Part shown: positions 9,855 through 23,151 of the stretch, piece after piece | Numbering within the stretch: the first letter of the stretch is position 1 | Layout of the letters: each line of letters opens with the position of its first letter | Assembly (NCBI GenBank): GCA_002245135.1 | Contig: NGBS01000303.1 | Span: 1 to 64,000 of the forward strand | From: Proteromonas lacertae | Taxonomy: Eukaryota | DNA length: 64,000 nucleotides | Direction: 5' to 3' | Notes under the pieces: model-generated | What the model was told of the DNA's origin: nothing | Database searches by the model: none | The model's input: only the letters and a program-made list of their open reading frames with translations | Position numbers and translations under genes: made by a program

Positions 9855-10598
9855 TTACTTAGAATCATTCTTTACTCTTCTTGGTGATTTAGATTTAGTC
9901 TTTTTCACTCCTTTCTTATTTCCTTTAGCTCTAGGTGATGTACCAGAAAATTCTAACTTAGTTTGATATATTTTATCAATATTCTTTCTCTGTTCCTTCA
10001 TTATTGTCTTTACATTCACTTTTTGAGGTGGATTTGGGTTTAATAGTTCTGCTATTGTCTTATGCTTTTCATTTGACTTGTATAGCTTTTCTGGACTTTC
10101 TAAATTATTAAAACAAGATGGTCTTTCTGTTACACCTGTATCATTTGGATTATAACTGTAATTAGCGAGTTTTTCTTTGTTTTCAGGTGAATTCTTTTGT
10201 GGATAATGAGATGGAAGCGGCTTTTCTGGATCTACACAAGTAGTAACTGAATGAGTTGTGTGTGATTTTGTTGTTGATTTTGGTGATTTTGTATTTCGAG
10301 CAGGAGACTGTTCATTTGATGTACTATTATTGTTTTCTGTTGTATCAGCTGGAAGATCATCTTCTTTTTTCTCTTCCTCTTTAAACTCATCAACATTGTC
10401 TTGTTTATCATCTTCATCTTTCTTTGCTTCACTTTCTGACTTTTCTTCATTGTTAGTAGTATTATTATCTTCTACGGCTGGCTCTATTTCTAATTCTTCT
10501 TCTTTTGATTCTTCTAATTGTTCAACATCATCTTTGTGTTCTTCAGTTGGATCAGGTGCATCTTCTTCTGTTTTTACAACAATATCTTCATCAGACAT
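9855..10598 (-). CDS. Hypothetical low-complexity protein (acidic N-terminus, basic C-terminus)
   Basis: 247-aa ORF, E/D/K-rich with SP motifs. Confidence 0.7.
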   Translation of the reverse strand: MSDEDIVVKTEEDAPDPTEEHKDDVEQLEESKEEELEIEPAVEDNNTTNNEEKSESEAKKDEDDKQDNVDEFKEEEKKEDDLPADTTENNNSTSNEQSPARNTKSPKSTTKSHTTHSVTTCVDPEKPLPSHYPQKNSPENKEKLANYSYNPNDTGVTERPSCFNNLESPEKLYKSNEKHKTIAELLNPNPPQKVNVKTIMKEQRKNIDKIYQTKLEFSGTSPRAKGNKKGVKKTKSKSPRRVKNDSK

Positions 10599-10763
10599 TG
10601 AGATTTCAAGAACGGTTTTTAAAAATATCGAAAATGGTGTATAAAAATTTTCGAATGAAAAAAAGCCGCAAAATTAAAAATCATTAAAACAAATGAAATA
10701 AAACATTATAGATATGTAATTAAGGTAATTATGAAAATAAAATGTTATTAATTATTGTATTTT

Positions 10764-12908
10764 TTACTTATGTTCATCTCTTAATTGACAAAACTGTTCA
10801 ATTAAAGCTTCAATAGTCTTCTCACCTTCAACAACATTTTCTCTTGTTCTAACATTCACAGTCTTCTTAGATTCTTCTTCTTTACCAACAACCAATATGT
10901 AATTGAACTGAGATACTTGAGCTTCTCGAATCTTCTTATTCAATGTATTACTAGAGTCATCTACTTCAACATCAAAACCAGCATTCCATATCTTATTCTT
11001 AATTTCATTAGCATATCCCATAAATGCTTCACTGACTGGAACAACAATACATTGTCTTGGAGATAACCAGAATGGCCATTTTCCTTTATAATGTTCACAT
11101 AATATAGCATAACATCTTTCTACACTTCCTAACATAGCACGATGAACTATAACTGGAGTTTCAAATACATCTTCGCCTGATTTACCTGATTTATATTTCA
11201 ATTCGAATCTAATTGGTAATTGGAAATCTAATTGTACTGTAGCTGTTTGATGTTGTCTTTTTAATGAATCCATCACTTTAATATCTATCTTTGGACCATA
11301 GAAAGCACCATCACCTGGATTTACCTTCCATTTACCTTCACCAGCGAATTCATTCAACGCTTCTGTTAATTGTTGTTCTGCCTTATCCCATAATGCAATA
11401 TCTCCCATTGATTTCTCTGGACGTGTTGATAATTCTAATTCGTAACTCATACCGAATGTATCATATACATGTTTCATAAAATTTAATGCACCAGAAACTT
11501 CTTGTTTAATTTGATCTTGTCTACAGAAAATATGAGCATCATCTTGTTGGAATCTTCTAACTCGAGTCAAGCCTGATAAAGCACCACTCAATTCATTACG
11601 ATGTAATACTCCAAAATCAGCGAATCGAATAGGTAAATCTCGATAAGATCTAATAGAATGTTTGAACATTAAACAATGTCCTGGACAATTCATTGGTTTT
11701 AAGCCAAATTCAACATCTTCAGCTTTAAATAAGAACATATTCTCTCTATAATGATCACCATGACCAGATATTCTCCATAAATCGAAATTGAACACATTTG
11801 GTGAAATTACTTCAGTATATCCTCTTACTCTATATTGTTCTCTAATAAATTCAACTAATCGATTATATATCCTTGCACCATGAGGTAAAAAGAAACAACT
11901 GCCAGGTGATAACTCATGGAAGAAAAATAGATTCTGTTGTTCACCAATTCTTCGATGATCATTCTTCTTAGCTTCTTCTTGGAACTTGAGGAACTCTTTT
12001 AATTGCTTTGCTTCAGGGAAGGAAGTACCATATACTCTTTGAAGACTATCATTACTTGCATCTCCTAACCAATAGCATGCACTGTTCTTTGTTACAGCAA
12101 ATCCTTTCACTTTTTGAGTGTTTGGTAGATGTGGGCCACGACATAAATCAATTAGAGTACCACAACGGTATAATGTTGTCATATCACCATCTTTTACTTT
12201 TGTAGTTAATATTTGGATTTTGAAGGGGTTATCACTGAATATTTCCATTGCTTGTTCTTTGGTACATACTAATCTTTGGAAGGGTTGCTTCTCTGATTGG
12301 TATTGTTTAACTAATTTTTCTAATTCAGAGTAATCTTTCTCTGTAACTACGTTTCCTCCCATATAAGCATCATAATAGAAACCATCTTGAACAGCTGGAC
12401 CGGTACATAACTTTACACCATAGTAATTTTCTAATGCTTCACCTAACATGTGAGCTGAACTGTGCCAGAAGACGTTTTTACCTTCTTCATCTTCGAATTT
12501 GAATAATTTCAATGTACAACTCTTCTCAAGTACTCTTGTTAAATCATACATTGCATCATCAACTTTTGCAGCAACTACATGTTGGGCAAGACCTGAAGAT
12601 ATTTGGTTTGCAATATCTAATGGTGTTGTCTTCCATGCTTCACCTTCTTTTGTGCTACCATCAGGTAAAGTTATAGTAATCTTGTCATGAGGTTTAGCTT
12701 CGATATCTGCTTGCATTTGTGCATAATATTTATCAAATACATCAGTACGATCTTTTAAGAAGGATGGTGTCTTTTGAAGGATGAACTCTCCACCAATACT
12801 TCCTTTAGTACTCATGGTCTTTTCAGTTCCTGCAACTAAACGACCTCCTTCTCTTTGTCTATTGAAATATTAACTTATCATTGCATACGGTGCAGCTGGA
12901 ATACTCAT
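10764..12908 (-). CDS. TARS1: Threonyl-tRNA synthetase, cytosolic type
   Basis: TGS domain, HSSAH, KPMNCPGHC, GLTRVRRFQQDDAH, GAFYGPKID; short first exon followed by a 30-nt intron. Confidence 0.97.
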
Positions 12909-13108
12909 AACCCAAGAAGAAATTAAGAAATAAAATTCTGTTTGATAATTATAGATGTTTTTATAGAATCACTGAACGTTTAGATGTGAGGCTTATTTTT
13001 TAATTTCCGATTTCGTCATTATATAAAAATATTTATACAAAAATATCTACGAAATCATATTAAGTTCATTAATACTAATTAAATTATTCAATAAATAAAC
13101 TAAATTCT

Positions 13109-13460
13109 CTACACATTGTTTGGATTTATCTCAAAACTAGGCTTAGACATACTGAATCTTTCAAAAATATATTTAATATCATTACTAAAAGACTACTTTC
13201 TCATAATTTTCACAACATCTTCTTTAGATAGATTTGAAAGTGTGTTTAACATTTCAATTAATGTATCTATCATTATAACAAATCTAAATAATTACTCATT
13301 TCTTCATCGGTAGTATTTATCACACTTAATTTATTCAATATTATCAATTCTCTAACATTTGATTTAACCTACATAATAAATAAATGATACTTTTGGTTGT
13401 ACTAATGTAGGCAGCTTCTTAATATTTTTGATTACTATTTTCATTTTCGAATACATTCCT
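13109..13460 (-). CDS. Small spliced hypothetical gene (start not identified)
   Basis: Four segments join through three short GT-AG introns into one frame (NVFENEIVIK...KPSFEINPNNV*). Confidence 0.4.
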
Positions 13461-13591
13461 TATAAAGCGAGAAAAATGAAAGAATAAAATCAAGCAAATG
13501 TTTGAATAAAACGACTATATATTTAGAAATTGAATATCTCATGCAATAATGCCATAAACACAAATTAAAATAAATAATAACAAAATAAAAA

Positions 13592-14694
13592 TTAATCTGT
13601 TTGTTTAGGAATCCAAAACGCAACATTCTTACCACAAGTTACAAACATTGCTTGTTCTGGTGAAAATTTCATAAAACTAATATTAGTCATATTACCAACA
13701 CTCCCCAAATTACAAGTTTCTGCAGGTGCATTAATATCAACCAAGTCAATACTACTATATTTCGATCCAGAAGCTAATAGATACTGTGTTTGTGGTACAA
13801 AGCATGTCGCACTAGAATCAACATCTTTCAATATACCTCCATGAAGTGTTTCCATCACTTGAGTCACATAATTTGTTACACCCAATTTAATAATCTCTTT
13901 GCCTATGGCTACATTATCATTAAATCCGGTAGTTTCAAAGGATAATACTTGCTTAGTATCTTTAGATAATGGATATGTAGAAAATGCACCTGTCGCTATT
14001 TTTCTTATATCAATCAAGCTCAATCCTGTTGTGGCTGTGATTACTTCAATCACTAATTCGCTTGGATCTAAAAGACAATGTAAATCTGCACCAGATTGTT
14101 TACCTGTAGCTACAGCCTTCTTTTCTCTTAAATCCCACAAAAGGAACTTCTCATCAGATCCTCCTGTTATAAAATAATCATTCTTTATTGCTGAACATAT
14201 ACTATTCACTCTATTTACATATAAATAAATATAAAATTATGAAAATTCATACTGATCTTTATGCCCAACGAATTTACATAGGCAACGATTATCATGAAGT
14301 GATATATATTGTATAGCACCAATATCTTCCTTTGTACATGATGCTAATACACTTGTTTGATGATGAGTGAATTTTATATTGGAACAACCTGTTGCTTGGC
14401 ATCCTAGTGTTTTTCTCTCTCTATTAAGATATATTATTAATAAATTATATACTTTCCATATGTTGCATCATATAATTTGATTTCATCATTAGAAGTAGTC
14501 AATACACAGTATGCACCTGTTTAGAATAATTTAATAAACATACCTGTATAATGAAAATCCATTGATGTCACATCTTCAGCCTATCCATGATGTAAATCCA
14601 ATAAAAATACCCCAGATGGAAAAATTGCTGCAATATCAAATGATTTTATATAATCTGGAGTCAAAACAACCCCTTGCTGTGGTGATTCTTCCAT
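13592..14694 (-). CDS. WD40 protein, WDR82/Swd2-like
   Basis: VTSMDFH, KFVGHKD..VNSI, FITGGSDEKFLLWDLR, C-terminal FSPEQAMFVTCGKNVAFW; several ~30-nt introns. Confidence 0.75.
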
Positions 14695-14766
14695 TTATTA
14701 AAATTGATTTTGAAATGTTTGAAACGATCAAACTTTCATTACATTTTTAAAAATTTCTAGTGAAGG

Positions 14767-16745
14767 ATGAAGATTGTAATATTTTTAATGCTTTGCCTGA
14801 TGTATGTTACGCCTATACATTATGTTGACAATGAAGTTGTGCCATTAATAGCCAGAAAAGTACCTTATTTTTGTTTAATATCAATATAGATTGGTCCAAT
14901 GCACAATCCAAGTGAAACTTATAATTATTTACACTTACCTTTCTGTTCTAGAGAAGTATAATATTTTCATCTCTCTATTACTTACACAAAATAGGATTCC
15001 AAATCAGTGAATTCAAAAATGGAGGAAGTATTAATTGGATCAAGACGTTACTTAACTCCTTATGAAATTTTGTTCAAACAAAATGTAACGTTTAAAGAAT
15101 TATGTAGAAAAATCTTAGATAAAGATAAAGTGATGGAATTCAGTGAAGCAGTACATGATGAGTATTATATTGAATTTCTAATGGATGAACTTCCATTTTG
15201 GATTCATATCGGTGAAGTAAAGAATGAAGACATGGTATTTGGTCATTTATCAGATGCTCGTCATTATCTATACACTCAAATCAACTTTGACATTGGATAT
15301 AATGGAGATCAAATAATCTACGTAAATGCGACTACTCCTTCAACAGAACGTGTAGATGTATCAAATACAATTGGGCATAAATTAAAAGACAATGAACCAC
15401 TAGAAATTGCATTTTCTTATTCAGTTAGATGGATTCCTTGCAGTATCCCATACGAAGAAAGACTTAATACATATTTTAATGTATTTATTAGTGTATTATT
15501 ATATTTATAAATAGAAAGGATTTTTACCAAAGAGTAAAGAGATTCATTGGGTATTTATTATTAATTCAACTATATTGGTGATAATATTGGCTTTATATAT
15601 ATTATATGTATTAGCTAATAGCTTAAGACAAGATTTTGCAGTGTATATATATATATATCTATATATATATATATATATTACATTTTTTATATTTTTTTAC
15701 TTCTTCATCATTTTCTAATTATTCTAGTGGTGTTGCTTTAATGGATGATGATAATAGTGAAAAAGGTAATTCCGCTGTTGATGAAATCGGTTGGAAATTA
15801 GTCCACAGTGATGTCTTCAGAATACCCAATCAATTGTCATTACTATGTGCCATAGTAGGAAATGGAATACAATTATTGGTACTATCAGTTATACTAGTAA
15901 TATACTGTCAAATCGTAGAATATGGCTTGAGTAGAAAAGGTGCAATAGTGTTTACCATAATTGTAGTTTATTGTATTACTACTTTCATTAATGGTTATGT
16001 AACTGCTTATTTGTATGGTTATTTTGGTGGTAAATTTTGGGCTACTAATGTTTTATTATCTGATGGTTTATTTTTAATACCATTCGCTGTTGTATTTCTC
16101 TTATTAAACATGGTAGCAGTAGGCAATGAATCTACAGCAGCATTACCATTCACTACTATCTTAGCAATTTCTTGTATGTATCTCTTTATTGGCTTTCCAC
16201 TCAGTATATTTGGTGGAATAATGGCTCATAATAAAGCCAAACCATTCCATCCACCAGCTAGAGTAAGTAAAGTAGAAAGAGATATACCAAAATGTCCTTG
16301 GTATCATCAATTTACAAGCCATTTATTAATAGGTGGATTATTGCCATTCTCATCTATTTATGTTGAGATGTTTTATATATTTGGATCAATGTGGGGAAAT
16401 ATGTATTATACTTATTATGGATTATTAACTATTGCTTTATTCTTATTGATATTAGTTACATGTTTATTAACAATAGAGTTGACTTATTTTACATTAACTT
16501 GTGAGAATTGGAGATGGTGGTGGAGAGCTGTGATTTGTGGTGGTTCTGCTGGTGGATTTTTGTTTGCTTATAGTGTATTATATTATTTTATTTCTACTCA
16601 TATGGATGGATTTATGCAGGCTGTTTATTATTTTGGTTATATGGGAATTATATCCTATGGAGTATTTTTAATATTATCTGCTATTGGATTTGTCAGTTCA
16701 TTCAAATTTGTTAATTATCTATATGGTTCATTGAAATTTGATTAA
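14767..16745 (+). CDS. Transmembrane 9 superfamily (TM9SF/EMP70) protein
   Basis: Signal peptide, GPMHNPSETY, GWKLVHSDVFR, nine TM helices, C-terminal KFD. Confidence 0.93.
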
Positions 16746-16836
16746 AAAATTATTATTATTTTCTTTATCTTTTTTTTACATCATATTATGTGTTTTTATT
16801 GAATAACAAAAACACTATTAAGAAAAATATGATTAA

Positions 16837-17870
16837 TTATTCAAATTGTTTTTCTTCTAATACATGCATTCCGCCATGCCAATCGCCAATATATATTTTA
16901 TCATTAAAACAGTTGATACTAGTCAACTTTGTATTATCTTCCATAATTTTATAGATTGCTGGTTTTTCTGGGTTATTTAAATCATATACACCTATTTTAC
17001 CTTCACCATTTACAGCATATATTTTATTATGTAATCCTAACAAATCAAACACGATTTCTGACTCAATTTCAGGTAATCTTATAGGAGTAGTTACATCATT
17101 CTCTTTTCTCATCTAATCACAACAATAAATAAATATATATACGCATATTTTACCATCCATATAAGAATATAACAATGAATTATCATCTGATATTTTCAAA
17201 GCCAATGGACAAACGTTTAAATCAACATCAGCTATTCTTATTTCATTATTATCTAATACAGTACTCTGCTATATATTAATATAGGAGACTATATACTTTT
17301 ATTGTTAAATCATTGCTGGTTGTGATAATTGAATTAGCCCAATTCACTGATTTCCATATTATATCTTGATGTATTCCTCCTGAACATTTTATACCAAAAT
17401 TCTTATCTGTATCAAGATAATCTATTCTTCCATTTCCTCTTCCTGCTATTATTCCACCATTATATGATAATAAAGATGGTAATGTGTTTCTCTTACGTTT
17501 GAATATCAAGTAGGTTGATGGATAGGTTTTGGTTGTTTCACATTTCCAAGTTGCTGTATTCCATACTTTGAATGAATTATCTGCACTTGATGAATACATT
17601 TTATTTCCATGAGCAATCAAACATAATACACTTTTAGTATGTCCTTTCAAAGTCTTTTCACATTCTAAAGTGTTTTCTTTATGAACCTGTACTTATTATA
17701 CAAACAAATATTCATACCTTTATTGTAAAATCATCACTACAAGTGACAATTTTGTTTTCTATGTGAAGAACTGAGTTGATGTTAGCGTCATGCAATTTTT
17801 TGGTTAAAAGTGGTTTTAATAATCTCTAAATATATTATATATAATATATAAATACAATAGCTTTATTCAT
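16837..17870 (-). CDS. WD40 repeat protein
   Basis: GHTKSVLCL...SSSADNSFKVWN and further WD repeats; spliced. Confidence 0.8.
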
Positions 17871-18019
17871 TTGCTGAAGAAATCAAGAAATCCCAATTTT
17901 CTAAAATAAATAGATTCGTTTCTTCTCAAACAAATTCAAACCATTTCACTATGAAAGGTTACATATTTAGTTTTTCTCATTTTCGTCTCCTATAGTCCTT
18001 TATTTTATTCTTTTACTTC

Positions 18020-19764
18020 ATGTTGAGGTATATGCATATGTTTCCAATATGTACACGGAATTTTTCAAACTGTTTGAAACAAAAGAGAATTCAAACAGGT
18101 TTGAAGCATTTTAATAAAATGAGCGAAAAAAGAAAGGCTACAAATGCATCTAAGTCACCAGCTAAGAAGGTATTATTTATAAATGCATTTATCTATTTAT
18201 ATCTAGAAATTTAAGTCTAAAGAAGAGGAACTTAAACATTTTTATCAGACTCAACTAAATCAATACACAAAAGATGGAAATGCAGATGAAGCTTTTAACA
18301 CATTAAAACAAGCAAAAGAAAATAAAGTAATTATCACTCCGTATTTATTTTCATATTTTATAAGAATAGTTCAATGTGTGCACAAGTATTGAATCTATGT
18401 ACTACTGTTGAACAATTTCCAAAAGCCAAAGAAATACACGATATTATGAAAGCTGACAAAATTGAATTTTCAGAAAACTGTTTAACCCGTATATAATCTC
18501 AGCATTAATCTATAAATAAATAGCTTTAATAAAATTATATTCATTAAAAGATGACTATAATACAGCTAAATCACTTTACACACAAATCTTATATAATCAT
18601 TTAAAACCAAGATTAAGAACATATCAACCATTATTATCCTATTGCTCAAGCCACAAGCTTCCTGATGATATAGAGTATTATTATAATGAAATATTAAATA
18701 ATGATATTGAATTAAATCATGAAGTTTATTTACCTATATTAGAATGTTATGATTTAATAAATGATAAATCCAAATTTCACTCTACACTAGAAAGAATGAG
18801 TAATTCTTTGTTTTCAATAACTCCACCAATAAAAGATATAATTCAATCACATTATAAAAAAGAAGGTTATAATCTAGAAGAATGTAATATCAATAATGAA
18901 GGAATTTGTAGCAAATGTCAATGTAAATTGAAATCAATAAATTTAGAACAATCAGAAAAGGAGAATTTATTAACTCAATTGCATAGAATAATGACTAGTG
19001 GAAATACAAGTGGAAGTATAAGACAAAAATCAGCATCAGATTATATGGAATTTTTAAAAGCACATGATGATTATACTGTCTTTATTGATTCAGCAAATGT
19101 GGGATATTACGCTCAAAATTTTGAAAAAGGTTCATTTAGTTATTATCAGATTGATAAAGTGTATGATAAATTGAAAGAAAATGGAAATAAATGTCTATTG
19201 TTATTACACATTTCACATACAAATCCAACAAATGAATATTTAGAAGTATATATATATATATTCACTTGAAAATTATTTTTAATTTTACTTTTTCTGTTTA
19301 TATATAATAATAATAATAATTATTATTATTATTATATAGAAATGGAAGAAAAGTGGTGATTTATATTTAGTACCTCAAGGCAATAATGATGATTGGTATT
19401 GGATGTATGGTGCTTTAAGCAGTAAATTACCAAATGTAAAGATTGTTAGTAATGATTTAATGAGGGATCATTTCTTTCAAATGATATCACCGAAATATTT
19501 TAAAATATGGAGAGAAAGACATGAAATTAAATATACATTTAGAGGTGATATTAATAATAGATATCCTTATTTTTTCTATCCTTCTGTGTATTCTAAACGT
19601 TCTCAATTTGTTGTAGTATGTTTATTATATTATATTGTTTATTCTAGGATGATGAAAAGAACATAAGTAGTTGGCATTTTCCAATAATTACTGAAACACA
19701 GAATAATAAAGGTGAAATTATTTCTAATTATCAATGGTTTTGTGTAAACTATCCAAATAAATAA
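18020..19764 (+). CDS. PRORP: Protein-only RNase P (PPR + NYN nuclease domain)
   Basis: PPR-like helices (PRLRTYQPLL), CSKC zinc motif, VFIDSANVG, NDDWYWMYGA, VSNDLMRDH, C-terminal WHFP...WFC. Confidence 0.9.
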
Positions 19765-19834
19765 ATTTTAATTATTCAATACGATTGTTTTCTGTTTTTT
19801 CATTGAATCTGAAACGGTTAAATTTTTGGAATTT

Positions 19835-21052
19835 ATGTTTATTTTGCTTTATTTCTTTTATTCTTTGTGTTTAGCAGAAAGTAGAAAGAGTTCTATGAAG
19901 TATAACTATGAATTATTTTCAAAATATGGAATTTCTTCAATTACATTCCAGGATATTTGCTATAGTCAAGAATTAGATGGAATCCGAGGAAAATTAATAT
20001 ATTCAGTAAATAAATATGATGAAATTGAACGATGTTATACCGAACTACAAAAGCATGGTTATATAGGAGTTAGTATTGCTTTTAGATTAGTAAACACTTC
20101 CAAATTAGGGCTCATTTGGAATAGCTCATATATAAAATACAGCGAAGTATGGGCTCAATCGCTTTTTGATCATAGATACATTTTTAGTTTTATGAATTTA
20201 ATGTATTTAGCTAATATTAAAGATAATTCAAAATTTGTTCTAGATAATTTAATATTTCTTAATTTTGATGGAAGAACAACTATTCCATACAATAATATGT
20301 TGTTGAAGATGTTAACTAAATATTATCCTGTTAATATAATGTATAAAGATAGTGTTTTGAAATTATTAAGAAAGTCCAAAACGAAATATATTTGTTTCAA
20401 AAAGTTACACCTAATATTTAGTTGTATTAATGGAGGAATTGGTGGGATTTTCAGAAATAGCAAAATAAGAAATAAATTTAGAGATTCAGGAATGAATATA
20501 ATTAACATTACAAAGAAAGATGATAAAGATATAAAAGTTGCTATTTTATATAGAAAGAATATACAAAGAAATAGAAAAATAGTTAATTTGAAAGAAATAA
20601 TAAAGTTATTAGAATTAATGAGATTAGAATATGAATTAATAAGTTTTGAGGATTTGAATCCTAAACAGCAAATTGAAGTAATAATGAATAAAAGGATTAT
20701 TATAAGTCCACATGGTGGTAGTTTAGTAAATATAATGTGGTTAACTAATCCAAAATGTGGAATAATTGAATGTTCAAATGGATTTTTAACTTCATCTTAT
20801 GTATGGTTTTCTATATCAATGAATTTTAGATATATTCTTCTTATGACTATGTTTCACAATTGGGCATATGAAGAGTTATCTCAACAATATGGAGATATAT
20901 TCTTTTATCCTAATTATCCAGCAGCAAGGACTGTAAGTAATTATAATCCTTTTTTCCCAATATATAACAGAAATGGTGATGATATGAAAATTTCAATCAA
21001 ACATATTGAATTCTCTTTGTTCTATTTAGTAAATTATGTAATGTATAAATAA
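19835..21052 (+). CDS. Glycosyltransferase family 61-like protein
   Basis: Signal sequence; R.IVNLKE, FEDLNPKQQI, IISPHGGSLVNIMW motif; intronless. Confidence 0.75.
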   Translation: MFILLYFFYSLCLAESRKSSMKYNYELFSKYGISSITFQDICYSQELDGIRGKLIYSVNKYDEIERCYTELQKHGYIGVSIAFRLVNTSKLGLIWNSSYIKYSEVWAQSLFDHRYIFSFMNLMYLANIKDNSKFVLDNLIFLNFDGRTTIPYNNMLLKMLTKYYPVNIMYKDSVLKLLRKSKTKYICFKKLHLIFSCINGGIGGIFRNSKIRNKFRDSGMNIINITKKDDKDIKVAILYRKNIQRNRKIVNLKEIIKLLELMRLEYELISFEDLNPKQQIEVIMNKRIIISPHGGSLVNIMWLTNPKCGIIECSNGFLTSSYVWFSISMNFRYILLMTMFHNWAYEELSQQYGDIFFYPNYPAARTVSNYNPFFPIYNRNGDDMKISIKHIEFSLFYLVNYVMYK

Positions 21053-21231
21053 TTTAATATATTTTTTATTTTAATTTTTTTCATAAATCCAAAAAAACAT
21101 TATTCTACAAAATAAATAAATAATATATATATATATTAAAGGAAAATCACTGAATACATTTGAAAAATCAAAATTAGTTCTATAATATACATTATTCTTA
21201 AGAACCTTTCCATTTATTTCTAAGAACAATT

Positions 21232-21332
21232 TTAATTTGTAGCATTTGGGCTAGTTGGATAATTATTACCATTATCATCAATTTTAAAATTACTTAATGG
21301 TAAATCCCCTGACAAACTAAATGGAATAGATC

Positions 21333-21364
<32 letters not shown>

Positions 21365-22828
21365 GTAACTAGAGGATTAGAACTACTACCTCCACTTCCA
21401 TTACCACAATTATTACCATTATTATTACCACCACCACCACTACTTGATTTTCTACATTTATTCTCATGAGGTGAACTATTTGAATTAGTATTTGAGAAAG
21501 TGTTTTTATAAGTATAATCCATTGGATATACTTTGTTATTATTTGTGTTATTAAAATTACCATTATTAGAAAACATTCGTTTAGGGGATGCAGTACCACC
21601 ATAACCACCATAACCACCACCACCACCATTACCTGTTGAAGAAACAGACATATCAGTATCATGTCCTGATAATGGTCCACTTGTAGTATTAATTTGCATA
21701 TGTGATTTATTAGCACTTGGTCTCATTACTGAATGGGAAGATCCTTGCTTTATTATCTTTAGAATATGTGGATTATTAGAATTCTTGTGATATGCTGAAG
21801 ATAATCTATTTGCATTTAGATTCAAAATTGTTTTGATAATTAAATCTACATCACTTGCTTTACCACCATAATAATCATATTGATATGGATGTTGATAGAA
21901 TTTCATTACTAAGAAACAATTTAAACAACAGGATAATGGTGGCAAATCTCCATTATGTGATCTTTGATATACTTGGATATGGTTTATATTGGTCATTCTG
22001 TATTTTATTTGTTGATACTTTCTTTCTCCAAATATGATTGTTCTAACAGATAAACAAAACTCATTCAGCTGTGTATAAAGACATTTATCGTGTATTAATG
22101 ACAGTAGATCATTCAGTGATATAAAATCTACAAGTGGTCTATTAATATAATAATAATAATTAATGAATATATGTATATATAATACGATTTATATTTATTA
22201 AAATCTTCATTGTAACCTAACTTACTAAACCCAGTTGATTGATGAATAATCTGTAATAGTTGTAAAATTGTTTCAAAATCAATGGATTGATCATCGAATA
22301 CACCAATGTATGCAATGAACACTATTAAATAAATAAATATATAATGTCATTAATACATCTAATTAATGGAGTTAAATCTAATAAACCAAAAAGTGTACAA
22401 ATTTGAAAATACTCATCCCATGAAAAACATGCATCTTCTACAAGACGTCCTATGTTTAGATAATCTACAATAAGTTATAATATTAACTTGAAAATATAAT
22501 ACGAATTAATTTAAAAAGATGTGTAGTAAAATAATTGTTTTTCATTCTTAAAATTCGAAGTATTTGGTCTGCTCCAACAACTCCTGAACCTCTATTGAAA
22601 TGACAACAATAAATAAAATACCTCTGCATTGCTTGATGATAAAAACCATATAGTATTTTAAGTTCATGATGGTTTACTAATATATATCTATAAACTATAC
22701 AGTAGCAATAATTAGCAATAATTGTAGATGTTGCTCCAAGATGTGGATAACCTTCCGTTAGAACTATTCATGTAAAAATAAAATTATTTACATGTTTCAT
22801 CATCATCTGCAATATGAGATTTACTCAT
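21232..22828 (-). CDS. Hypothetical spliced protein with N/G/S-rich C-terminus
   Basis: Exons joined through short GT-AG introns from ATG at 22828. Confidence 0.6.
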
Positions 22829-23151
22829 ATTTCACTATTCTTTATAAAAAAAGAAAAACGACTATTTTTGAAAATCTATAATAAAAAATTATGAGTGTAA
22901 AAGGTATAAGAGTGTTGAATAAGAATATTTAATTGCCATTTCGTCATTTAGTTATGCATTATTAAAAAAAATTACAATTTAGTGATATATAAGAGTTTTA
23001 CTTTGTTGTTCTAAACACTTCAAACATGATTTTTAATAAGAAATATAAATAACAATACAATTTATGGTGATGTTTGGATAATAATGTTCTTTAATAGTGT
23101 TTATATATTAACGAAAATTTTCAAACACCAGATTTTAAAGATATTTTAATT

